This document shows, piece by piece, positions 50,750 to 62,649 of a DNA stretch of 64,000 bases. Origin of the DNA: Schmidtea polychroa (lineage: Eukaryota); contig CM097885.1 in NCBI GenBank assembly GCA_044892525.1, forward strand, positions 19,654,001-19,718,000, given 5' to 3'. Within the stretch, counting starts at the first letter, position 1; every line of letters begins with the position of its first letter. Made by a program: the position numbers and the translations under genes. The notes beneath the pieces were generated by a model, which was not told the DNA's origin, ran no database searches, and saw only the letters and a program-made list of their open reading frames with translations.

Positions 50750-53700
50750 AGGAAATAACAAGATGGCGTAAAATATTTATTATGATTTGCATTGTGGGGA
50801 TTTTTAATGTTTCAAGGAGCACTTGATGAGTGGAAATGTGAAAGAGGTCAGGGAGAATTTGAGGGGAGAATTTATGGATAAAATTGTCGATTATGCGAGA
50901 TTGATTGGTAATATGAATTTATTGGGTTAATATTTCTGATTTCAGGGCCTGTTTGAATTTGTTGATATTGCCAGGTTATTGCTTAACCACAACTGCAATA
51001 TGGAATCTGAAGACAATGAAGCAAATAATCATTGCAGATAATTAATTAATATATAAATTGCTGGAATGGAAAGCAATTCATTCTAAAAAGTAAAGGGAAT
51101 TCAGAAATATTGAAATTATTGCTGCTGCAAAAATGCCGAACGATTGCCTAACAAAAGTAAACATTTACATTTTATATAATCAAATATCAATTAAATTTGA
51201 TGAGTTGTGATGCGCTGGGAGAGATTTAACAATAAATTATATACATTTAATGGGGATATCACTGAGATTTTGGATGGCTATAAAATTACGTTGCAAAATA
51301 TTGACAGTAAATGATTATGTTTAATTAAATGATAATTGTAGGAATGGCGTATATAAGAAAATAAACTTTGTGAAATTTGTCAGTTGTATTTTCTAATATT
51401 TTGGCGATATTCATTATTTTGCCATTTTTACTAATAATTAACAATTGATAATAATAAAAACAATGGAAAAGAAATCAGTGGTGAAATTTGAAAAAAAAGT
51501 TATAAAATATATGAATTCGTTTTATATAGAATTTTTATCAAAATTATCGAAAATATCATTTTGACTGGTGTTGGTATAAGTAGCTAAAGTAAAGAGAACA
51601 TTTTCTATAATTAAGCAAACACTAAATAAAATTCATGATAATAAACATATATGTATCGTTAGAAAAGTCATAACACAATTCATAACAAAAAATAAAAAAT
51701 TAAGTATGAATTTTAATGATGAAAAGAAAAACAAGTCATTTTGATTGGCTGACAGTTATAATGTTAATAATTTATTGATTTTCTGTAAATTAGCATTTCT
51801 CTACTTTTCATATGAAACTGAGCATTTTTGATTTGCAATTTCCTTGCTATCGGTTTAAATTTTAATTCACTTCATTACATCTCAACAGAAATAATTTTTT
51901 CCTCTTGAAATAATTTCTACAAAGCCGCGAAATGAATGAAAAAGTTTTCCCAGCAGCTTGAATGGCAATTTAGTAAGATTTTTTAGTAAATGTTTCAAAT
52001 GAATGAATAACTTTTGAAATGTCTTTCATTTATTTGAAGATTTCTATTGAAAAAATTCATTTATAAATGCAAATCTGCTATTTCAATGGCTAATAATTCG
52101 GATCACATATGCCTTTTTTTAACCATTTCTTTAGCTTGATATCTCACACGTATTTACACGGTGCAGGCGGTTTTGCAGTGGTTTTAGTGCCACTTATTAC
52201 CACAAGGCTTTAATGATCTGTTTTGAATGGGAATATTTAGATGATTCGCTGATTCAGATAATTTGATTGGATTATTTATTTAGAAAGGAATCCGCTGGAT
52301 GTAGCACATCAATATAAGTGTTGGTTGCGTTAAAAATATTTATATTTATAAATATTTATAAATATTTCATATATTTCCTGCCATTGAACGGGATAATGCA
52401 ATCGCATTTGATGATTTGTTCAAGTCTTCTGATTTCATAATGCAGAATATTTATATAAATTTGTGATTGGATTGGATGTACTGGATAGAGTAATCGAGTC
52501 CAAGGCTATTAAGATTATTAAATTAATCCTTGACAAACCAATTGATGATTAAGTTTGATTGATTTATTGATTGATATAATTAATATTTTTACCAATAAGA
52601 AATCAATAATGCAATGAAATTACTGACAGCAAAAATGGACAAACATGCCAATTTAACGAAAGAAGTGGGCTGATTATTTCAAAAAATCAATAAATAAATA
52701 TCAGCGCATTCTATATCGCTGTATCACTTGCGGGAACATGAGCAGGTTCAAGAGATTCAATTCAGCTCAGGTCATCAATGGACAGCGCAGAATCTTAAGG
52801 TGAAATAATCATTTAGATTTGTATTGATACTGATTCGGCTGAGCTGTAATTTCTGGAATTGGTTATTAATCATGAAGAAAACGATTTACGACAAATCGGT
52901 GAGAAAATATTTGATTGGTTTATTTATGAATTTTAAATAAATATTTTATGATGTATCAGATCGATTTAAGGTTAAAATATTTCATTTAATAAACTTTGTG
53001 GAAATGGCATAACTATTGATTTATTTGAATTAGATTTTATAAATGATTATTGACAAGTTATTTTATTGATATATTATTATTATTATTATGACATGATTTT
53101 TCTTTTTTAATAATGATGTAAACAATAAAAGAATTAAGGGTTAATGTAAATCTCTGTAAGTATGAAGTTGTCAAATTCGACGAGCAGATAATTTTTCGAT
53201 AAGTATATCCAAGTCTAAATCATAAAAGAAATTTCAAAGTATTTAAATATAAATTACCATATAGTCGTGAGTGTTGTCTGTGTATACAAAAAGGTTGAAA
53301 GATTGAATCAACGAAAATCCATAAAGGAAAACCTAGAATGCCTCAAAAGAATTTGTGAGGTGTTATCCTTGAGGATGTTTCAATAACCTTACAGTCAATT
53401 CGAACGCAAGTTTATGAAGAAGTTTCAATGAACATATACCATCAATAGAGCAATAAAGAGATTTGAATTTTCATTCAAATGAATATCTCCAGTTACAGAA
53501 AGACATAATTCACATAATAATCTTTGTGCATTTCCTGGGAGAAACATCTATCTTCTAAAATAATATAAAAACAGATTACAATAGTTTGGATAGCCTTTTT
53601 TGCGTTTTTATAAAATTCTGTTATGATATTTATCATTAATAATAATATTAACATCATTATTATTATTATTAACTAATTTGAAATGAAATTGATTAAATCA

Positions 53701-56440
53701 GCATTGATTTCATCATTCAGTTATGGATCAAGGTCATTGAAAAAGCAAAGAAAAAAATTCAGAGGAATATAAAAAGAAATATAAGAAAGAATGATTCTGA
53801 TGGAATCACGACAAAAGGTACATCAAAATAATGTAAAATCAATAATAAATCTCATTTATTTTTAAGGTCAATTTCACAATATTGCGCACAGCAATATCAG
53901 ACAATGATGCAGATATGGTCAAATTTATCCTAGATAATCAGGACATTGTTGATATTAATACAAATAATGAATTATGTGTTCATTGAAATGATCAAATCAA
54001 TATATTTTTAGATAATGGGAACTGCATTGGCCTAGGCCCATTCATAATAGGAAAGGCATCAAAGTATTGCAGCAATATCAACTTGATACAAATACACGAA
54101 ACAAAGCAAATCAATTGAATAATCAATATTGATATTGATATATTAGTATTATTTAATATTCGCAAACTCCATTGCATTATGCAATAGCAAGTGGATTGGA
54201 GGACAATTGTGAATATTTGATAGATCGATCAATTAATATTGAATATATATGTGAGAGATAGATGAAATTGACTGGTTTGCACTGTGCAGAGACTCGAGGG
54301 ATGATAAATGTTTGTGCACAACTGATGAACTAGAGTGCCGATGTTGTGAAATCTGTTGAGATGAGAAAATGTTTGTTTATTTGATTTGAATTTTATATTT
54401 ATATTATTAATTGATATTCCAGAAACGAAAATAGTAAATTATTTATTAGTTAATTGATTAATGTATTAATTTATTTAATTAAAATTAATATGCGATCGAT
54501 CTGCTTTTATTATTTCGATATTAATATTTTTATTATTAATATGTAAAACTTTATCAAACTAAAAATTTTAATTAATTTATAAAATTAATTGATTTTTATT
54601 TATAATTATCTGATATTCATCATTTTTGCGTTTCTATTAAATTCCGTTATGATTTCATCAATTAAAATTATTGAACACAGAACATTTTATATAATGACAC
54701 ATTAAAACAAAAAAATTAAAAGTTAATATTAAATTTTACAAATTTAATTATGATAGCAATTAAAATGCAACATTTGTCAGTAACTAAATTAGATTATTGT
54801 AATAAGATAATAATTTCGTGCTAAAATATGATTTCTAAACCTTGCAAGAATATGAGGCATTCTACTGAAATAATAGAAAGTAGTAGAGAGAAATGTCATC
54901 ACTGAACCAGAATTATGATTTTCAATAAATCAATGTAAGCATTCATTTTATTGATTATTTCCAGTCATTCCATTTGCACAATTAATAATTTCATCGACAG
55001 TCATTGAGAATGCGTTGACTTTGTTATTAAAATTTCATGGAACTCTTCCCATGTTTTGTTCACAGACTTGATTCAAACAGCTCAAATGGAGACAGCAATT
55101 CATTGCTGCATCTGGCGGTGAAATGGCTCCAATCGAATATATGCAGTTCACTATTCAATGCTGGAGCACAAGTTGACAGTGCTAACAATTTGGGAAACAC
55201 TCCATTGCTTGAGATGCTTGCTGAGCCACCAAATGATATCAATGATGAAGTAATGAAATATTTTGATTGGCTTGTAAATATCAATTGTAGAACTTGAATA
55301 AATTATTCGATATCACAAATATATTGATTAGAAATGGCGCTGATGTCAATGTCAAATAAACCAATGGAATCACTGTATTTCAATCGGCATCAATTATTTG
55401 AAGTAAAGAGTAAAATTTAATAAAATTTATCAATAAATCATTGATAATAAATCAATTTATGAGACTAATGCTTGCAGTTGTTTGCACTGAATCGATTTTC
55501 AAACGCCTTTCACCGATCATTGTTTTGAATATGGAGAAATATTGATCAATCTTCTCCCAGACAATTTACTCCTCAAATATTACAAATGTCACATTTCAAT
55601 CATGCGAGAAAGCTGAAACCAAACTAATGAAATTATTATTTGATAAATCGAGTTCATTATTGCAGCAATCAATCATAGAGAATCTCCTCCGTGATTCTGT
55701 GAATAATAATAATAACAATGAATTGTTTGACCACCTTATAAGAATAGAAATATTGGAACCTAGATCATTGGAAGTGGGAGAAACCTTATTAACATTCATG
55801 ATCAAAGAAAAGAAATTGAAATGCGATTGGAAACTATTGGAATCCATTAACAAATCGAAACTTTTCAACATGAAAACCAATCAGCTCTTCAAATGGCAAT
55901 TAAGATAGAGGAGAAAGATTTGATGGAAGCTTTGATTTATGAATCAAATGAATTCAATTTTGAGGATGCTGATGGACAAACGGTATTGACACGATTATTT
56001 GGAAATATCGATTTCCGATAATGTAATGATTGATTTTCTAATGATATTTTATATTGATATTTATTGATTTATAAACCTATTCCAAAAGAAGACTGATCTC
56101 AACTATTAAAACAATAATCCCTTTAGGTGGTGACATCTATAAGGTTACTTCTCGTTTCCAGCAGATTATTGATTCTTATACAGATATCAATGTTAGAGAG
56201 GAAATCGAGGATTTCTTTGGTAAAAATTTCAAAAAGAGTGATAAAGATAAGGAGAAAGGAGTAAATAATATATGGATTTGTATTATGAGATATTGCAATT
56301 TAGATGCGCAACATTTGCATGGACAATAATGTAAATACTGCATTACAATGTGGCCATTTGTTCTGTTGATTGTGTTGATCGATTGCACACTTGTATTATT
56401 TGCAACGCTGAAATAACCAATCGGGTACAAATATTTTTAA
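50750..56440 (+). pseudogene. Ankyrin-repeat + RING (Mind bomb-like) pseudogene, right copy
   Basis: Same motifs as the left copy; RING at about 56307-56440; ankyrin ORF at 55037-55297. Confidence 0.65.
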
Positions 56441-57609
56441 TTGATTTTATGCACCTCCATTTCATGGATTTGATTGGCTTTGCACTTGGACTGTGGAATG
56501 TAAATTGATTAATTAATATTTTGTTTTAAATGTTTGTTTATACGAAGTAAAATTTTATCTTTGCCAATTGAATTAAATGATTTATCTTTGATCTTTGTGC
56601 TAGATTTATTTGATTTTGGATTGATCCTTGGTTTGATTAGATAATGATTTTGTAAATAGATGTTTGAATATTATGATCTATATGTCGTAATAATAATAAT
56701 GAAATCGTTTTATGATTATTTTATAAATAAAGCTGAAAAGTTGCTACTGGCTATTTAAAATAACATTGGATTGCCAAAATCATTGGAAATGTGATTATAG
56801 TAAGAGACTGCTTTAAAATTTGTTTGATATACATAAAGGCCATTATGATGCGTGACCAATTCATGTCTGATTCAAAACGAGGTAAATTTCAGTTTAAAGT
56901 AATTCCTTGGCTTGAATTGATTTTTGGTTCAGAATAAAAGAAAAACCCAATATGAAAATGTCAACATTGGACCCCCCTCCCCCTCTAAAAAATATATGGG
57001 TCAACTCAGAATTTTATGTAGGTAGCGAAAATGCTTTCAATGGAAAAGGGCTCCAAAGTCTAAATTAAAATGTAGGTCACGGCATAATTTTCACATCAAA
57101 ATGACAAAAATGCTTCGAAACAATTTCTAAGCAATTTATATTTTAAATATCAAATCTTTGTAATTGCACACACAAAACAAGGTACAGAGATTACAATATT
57201 ATATTTTCGGTGTACGGGGGAAAGTATGCAATAGAGTTGAATCACCAATATTTTATACTTACCTGGCGCGATAAGAAATCGTCGTCTCCTGCATAGTGAT
57301 GAGAGCCAAAACCTCGAAACTATTCTACTATTGGGACTTGTACTTGGTATCACGACGCTTGGACTGTCTATTTTAAAGTTTAAAACATCCGACAATAAAA
57401 TTAAAGACCGTTACTTAATAATAATTCTAAATAGAATAATAACAATTATAATGATAATAATAATAATGAGAATAATAATAGCACTACTTACAAATAATGA
57501 TATGGATACGATAATATACTACTTGTATTAAGTAAAAATGAGAATTCCTTATTTTTAATAATTTCCATGACTCCAAGTCTATAAGTCAACAAATCATGTT
57601 CTCGAGTCT

Positions 57610-57840
57610 GATTATCTTTTGAAATCAAAGCTCCGAATTCTCCTATAACTCGTCTTGCGTTCCTATAATCCCGACTCCTCTCTTCGATAAATCTCTTAGC
57701 GATGACGTTATTAATAGAAGTTTCGAAAGCATTATTATCTCTCTAAATTGCCTCAATACGAATCGTAACAATAGCCCGATGATAGATTCAACGCGTGGTT
57801 ATTATCTTTTGACACTCAGCATATTGACGTTTGACTTGAG
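57610..57840 (-). pseudogene. CSTF3: CSTF3 exon fragment, second copy with an additional small deletion and stop
   Basis: Reverse complement of 27802-28030; lacks the ccattgc segment and has tgg changed to tag. Confidence 0.7.
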
Positions 57841-57868
57841 TTGATTTTAAGAAGTTCATATAATCTGA

Positions 57869-58216
57869 TCAGATGGAAAAACTCTTTAAATCCAAACTCA
57901 TTTTATCTTCTGCATAATCATAAGCTTGAGCTATTCTTTCTTTGAAACTAGGAGTTTTGTTATATTCATCTTTTAGGTGAGACAAATAAAATTTCCATAA
58001 TTCGATGTGATAAGTTCGTAATACATATTCTTTTATTAGTTCAATATTTTCGAAGGCTTTGACATATTGAGAGATTAAGGGAAACTGGCGAATTTGTGCA
58101 TCATTAAATAAAACATTCCCTGTTTCCCATGGATGTGATTTAAAGCCTGCGTCGGCCATCAATATTTCATCACGATTGACAACTTTATTTTCTTTCATAT
58201 TCAAGTCTCGCTCCAA
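57869..58216 (-). other. Unassigned 115-codon ORF; partial copy with a stop at about 27452-27768
   Basis: Open in the right arm (EILMADAGFKSHPW...); no family confidently recognised. Confidence 0.3.
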
Positions 58217-58328
58217 ACTCTGTTTTTAAACAAAATTTATATATATCCAAATCTAGAAAATTACCAAAATTCGAAATAAATTCAATTCCAACCATTCCAT
58301 AAAAAATACAATTTCAAAATCAATTTTA

Positions 58329-59234
58329 CACCAAACGCCACTAAGAACCGTTTCCTATAATATAACAAAAAAAATCAATTATCTTACATTATAGAAACAT
58401 ACATACTTACTTTGATTTCATGTTGATGTTCTCATTTAGAGTGCAGTCAGATACAGCTTATACTGTAGAAATCTGAAAAGTAGAAGAAAAGTTAATAACT
58501 GCACACAAACACAACACATTCTAAAAAACACATACAAACTTTTGATTCATCGAAATTCACCGCTGAGATACGTTTCTATAATAATTCTATTTTAGACAAA
58601 TTTTAGAAAAAAAAGGATCGCTGAAAATTTTTAAAAATATTTTTAGTGAAATTTTCAAGAGCAGATGAATTTGGTTCAATGTCTATTCAATCCAGATTTG
58701 CTTTCCTGAAAGAAGCCCCTAACATAGAGCTCAGGAAAAAAATTAAAAAATTATTTTATTCATACTAGAAGATTTTTCCCAAAATGTTTTAAAAATATAC
58801 ATATTTTTGGTGATTGATTTATTTAATTAGTTATAATTAAAAATTTAACTGACTCACGTTTTTTCGAAATAATTCCAAAATACTTTAATAAATGACATAA
58901 AATTCCTAAAAAAGCCTGAAAATTAATTAAAATAATTTATAATTATATTGTTGATTAAAAATAATATTTAAGAACTTGAATAATGATCTCATATCCATAT
59001 GGATCAAAATTCAAGTCTTAAAATTTACTTTAAATAAAAAAAATTACTTGTAACCCATTTGTAAAATGGCTAAAATAAATTTCCAAAAATCATTATTGAT
59101 TAGCAATTCAGTACATTATAAATTGATGCTTTATGATGATGATTTTACAACCAATTACAATTGGTAAATAAATTGGTGAGTGATTTTTCACGCCAAACAC
59201 CACTATTGAGAACGTATGTCAGTGGTGTTTGGTG
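58329..59234. mobile_element. Putative TA-flanked non-autonomous TIR element (Tc1/mariner-like MITE)
   Basis: ta|caccaaacgccact ... agtggtgtttggtg|ta, with an extra internal copy of the TIR motif at 59189-59204. Confidence 0.45.
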
Positions 59235-60174
59235 TAAGAAACACAAATTCGGTCCAGAACATTGTCCGCCTCTGTGTGCGCATACAGACGCGATAAAACT
59301 GACAAAAAAACGTCCCAGCCAGTGTCAGTATGCTTGACACAATAACCACCACAATCACACACAGACTCGAGGTCGAAATCATACAGCCAGTCAGAGGGAG
59401 AAGTCATTCCTCCCTCTGACTAGTCGAAACACTACTGATGAAATTAATAATAAGAATAAAGATAAAAATAATAATAATTACATTAATGGTACTCGTACAA
59501 TTAAAGATAAGTAAACTATTTATAATTATAATCACGGTCGTTACCATGATAATCGACATTCAAGTGGTTAGCATGATAAGGCCAGTTCAATTTCCCATGT
59601 CATTATCACTCGCAATGATGGGACTATCGATAAAAACTCATAACCGCACGACTACTGAACATTATAAAAAGAATAAAAATGTTTTTATGGCTGATAATAA
59701 TATGTTCATGACAATTTATGCCTCTCTTTTCGAATACGGATTTATGTTGGATAAGATACCTTAACAATTTTCCTTTCAAAAATCCAATGGACACTTCCAA
59801 CCATTGCGGAGCTTCCTATTTATTATATATATCACATGTTTTATTTTTCGCAATCCAAATTAGATGCGCTAAATTTTGAAAGTATAGTATACGTTGGATA
59901 TGACTGTCGCGTTCCTCATTAAGGTGGGATTGCGATGAGATTGCGATTTCGTATGTTTCACCTTACCTTACACTACCAAACAAGAAACTTCCCGTAGTAT
60001 CTGACGCTTAACGGTGTGAAGTGTTGTCATGGCACATATCTATGATATAAAAAACTTTTGGGATCTGCATATTAATAAAAATAAAAATGATAACTAAAAT
60101 TGCATAGTTAAAAATATCATTTGGATAAACGAAATATTTTAATTCTTAAGAATTTTAATAATAATAATAACAGG

Positions 60175-60573
60175 CAGTGCTCAAAGTGAGGCGGGATAGC
60201 CGGGATATTATCCCGGCATTGATTATGTAGGCGGAATTGCATCCCGGCACTTCATTTCATATAATCAATAGGTTTATCCCGGTACTTATTTCATTTTATA
60301 GGCACACAAATACTGCAATTAAGGTCACACATAGTACATCCATATATCTATGTATATATATATATTCTTTATTCTCTATTCTCTATTCAATTAAGAATTT
60401 CCCAAGCAGCAGTAATGGATAGGTAGGTATATTCTGAAACTTATGATTAAATGGGTGGACACCCCCCAAAGTTTTGCAACACCCCCAACTGAAAATTTCT
60501 GCATAAAAGCCTGGAATCCCGGGTGCCACAGCATGCCTATCCCGGCACATATTTTGTTCCACTTCGAGCACTG
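60175..60573. mobile_element. hAT MITE (399 bp)
   Basis: TIR CAGTGCTCAAAGTG / CACTTCGAGCACTG; perfect 8-bp TSD ATAACAGG; internal atcccggca repeats. Confidence 0.9.
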
Positions 60574-60849
60574 ATAACAGGTGATTACAATAGCGTAGGA
60601 TATTTTATAAAAAAAATAAGAATAAACTAAAATGATTGATTACCTGTCGTGCGATCCCGAGTTCAAATGTTAAATATAAAATTCCGAAGGTTAGTTAAAC
60701 GTGAATAATTTTAGGATTTCGAAAATAGGTGATTTAAAATTTTGAAAAAAGGAGTGGTAGTGATCTGTTAAGACGTCGGCTTATGTACCATTTTGTAAGT
60801 CGGTCCAACCAATCCGAATCGATCACGAGTACGTTTTTGATCAAACTAT

Positions 60850-61093
60850 TTTTTAATAGTTTTTTTTTAATCTTAAGTGTTTGTACTTTTAGCTCTCAAC
60901 TCCTTATTGATAGCTATATATTTTTTTAAAAATAGGAGTTTGTTTAAACTTTACAGTACTATTTACACGTAACTTTAACACCAAGAATCAAGTATAACAA
61001 GTATAAATCAATTTTTTGATAATGGGCCAATAACAATTTTTCTACCTATGAACCAACTGGTTTCATTTTTTCAGCTGCAACAAGGAAATCATT
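60850..61093 (-). pseudogene. Second Polinton pPolB fragment
   Basis: Reverse complement of 27212-27450, extending slightly further into polB (LRAKSTN...LLKNSL). Confidence 0.7.
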
Positions 61094-61406
61094 CGTATCG
61101 GAACAAGAGAATTTCCATCCTTTCCAGCTTTCTTTTACAAATCATATCCTCTAGTTCCAAATCGTCAATTTTCCTCTCCATTGCTTTCATTTTTTTTTCA
61201 TTTCTTTCATCGAGTTCCGAGACTCTTTGATTGACTCTTCCTCTTGGGCTTAGTGAAGTTAAATATAAATAAAGTTTTCTTAAACACTCTTAATCGCGCA
61301 AGGTCAAGCACACCACAGCGAAGTCCGACCAAACAAAATAACCAATTTACGTTCATATTAATCATATTAATCATACTAATAATCATACTAATTTTATAAG
61401 ATTTAT

Positions 61407-62580
61407 TTACACGCATGCAACAGTGATTTCGATCACATTGAAAGACTCGAGTCGTAAATCATCCACAGTATGCTGTCTATTTCTGCACAGAATGATTGTT
61501 ATTATTATGAACACAAGAGATAATATGAGAAATGCTGTCAGAATGAGGTATATCAAATATTCACAGATAATTAAAGTTTGATCAATCTCAATTTGAGTCC
61601 GCTTATTTATTACACGATTGTTAACTTGGTATTGTTTTGTAGGAATTGGACGTGTGGTGATTGTATCAGATTTCAGGCCCGGTACCCATCTCGTTTCCAC
61701 CAGAACGGTTTGCCATCGATTTGGCTCGAATATCCGTTGTTGGTATTTGATTTTTATCAGGTAATCATATTCTAAATTAGAAGTAATTAATGAAAAGTAG
61801 CTTTTACCGGCATCCAACAAAACAATAATTTTTTTCCCATTACTGACCACTCTTTCGTCATCTGGGGACTTTCGATAAATAGTTATTGACTTGTTTTGAA
61901 CTCCAAGAGTCACACGATTCGATACAAATCTTGAGGGGGATTATTTGATTCTCTGTTTGAAACAATATCCATTTATTTTTCATTATTGTGCCATTATCAT
62001 ACAGCGCATTCTCGAGGTAATTAACCGTTATTGTATGATTTGAGTTCATTTTGAGATTGTAATACCGAGTGTAGGCCTTTCGCATGTTTAGAATATCCAC
62101 AAAATTTTGAAATATGACCTGTACCTTTACTCTTTCTACGACTATCCAATACACATCTATACCATTCATTATCGGCTCAATTTCCACGGTATTCCATAAT
62201 TCGTTAGTTTGTATTATAATTCGAATTTGACTATTAAACTTTTCAAGTGAATCTGATTCATTCTGCTTTATGATCCATGGATACTTGAAGTTAACTTTTA
62301 ATTCTCGTGCCGCATACGTATTTCTGTCATAATTCAAAATAATAAAAGGTGTGAACGGATCTAACACGTTGCTAATTTCTATTTGCTCCATTATTTCGCA
62401 CTGATAAGTCCAAACAATATTTGTAAACGTGGAATAAATATCGATCTTGTCCCATAAGGGTATTTTTGTTATCGCATATGGTAAATCCATTCTCACCCGT
62501 TTTACACTTGTCATCACCAATAGCACAACTGTTGTGAATAGCACTCTGATTGGAACTGGATTTTTTGTAAATTTTGCTGA
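61407..62580 (-). pseudogene. Putative env-like third ORF downstream of Gypsy pol (split by one frameshift near 61900)
   Basis: Hydrophobic N-terminus (VLFTTVVLLVMTSV), about 330-aa ectodomain with sequons NES, NHT, NGT, NKS, C-terminal transmembrane helix YLIYLILTAFLILSLVFIIITIILC and a short tail; lies immediately 3' of the integrase. Confidence 0.5.
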
Positions 62581-62649
62581 ATTTTTGTATCCGCCTTCTC
62601 TTTATTCCGTTTCGATCGCAATGGATATCTTTCTTAGTCATTTTCCGGA

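Larger units (their letters stand above)
50545..61093. repeat. Right arm of the inverted duplication (includes about 2.7 kb, 58190-60865, absent from the left arm)
   Basis: Inner junction ttgatttgttttatcg (50545) is the reverse complement of 35254; outer junction caaggaaatcatt (61093) is the reverse complement of 27212. Confidence 0.9.

Noticed and set aside
29283-56430. Duplicated ORFs such as 29283-29537/56176-56430, 28210-28503/57150-57395 and 31337-31600 as real genes
   Set aside because: They are antisense or low-complexity shadows, repeated only because they lie in the inverted duplication.
27810-56440. Alternative genetic code (stop reassignment) to explain the many in-frame stops
   Set aside because: The four STRA6-like ORFs are open and end normally in the standard code, and the broken genes also carry frameshifts, which indicates decay.
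57869-58216. MADAGF resembling the Harbinger DDE motif MADRGF
   Set aside because: Flanking sequence does not follow the DDE_Tnp_4 pattern; left as unassigned.
59438-59764. 108-aa hydrophobic ORF (MKLIIRIKIKIIII...)
   Set aside because: Ile-rich translation of AAT-type low-complexity DNA; no domain signal.
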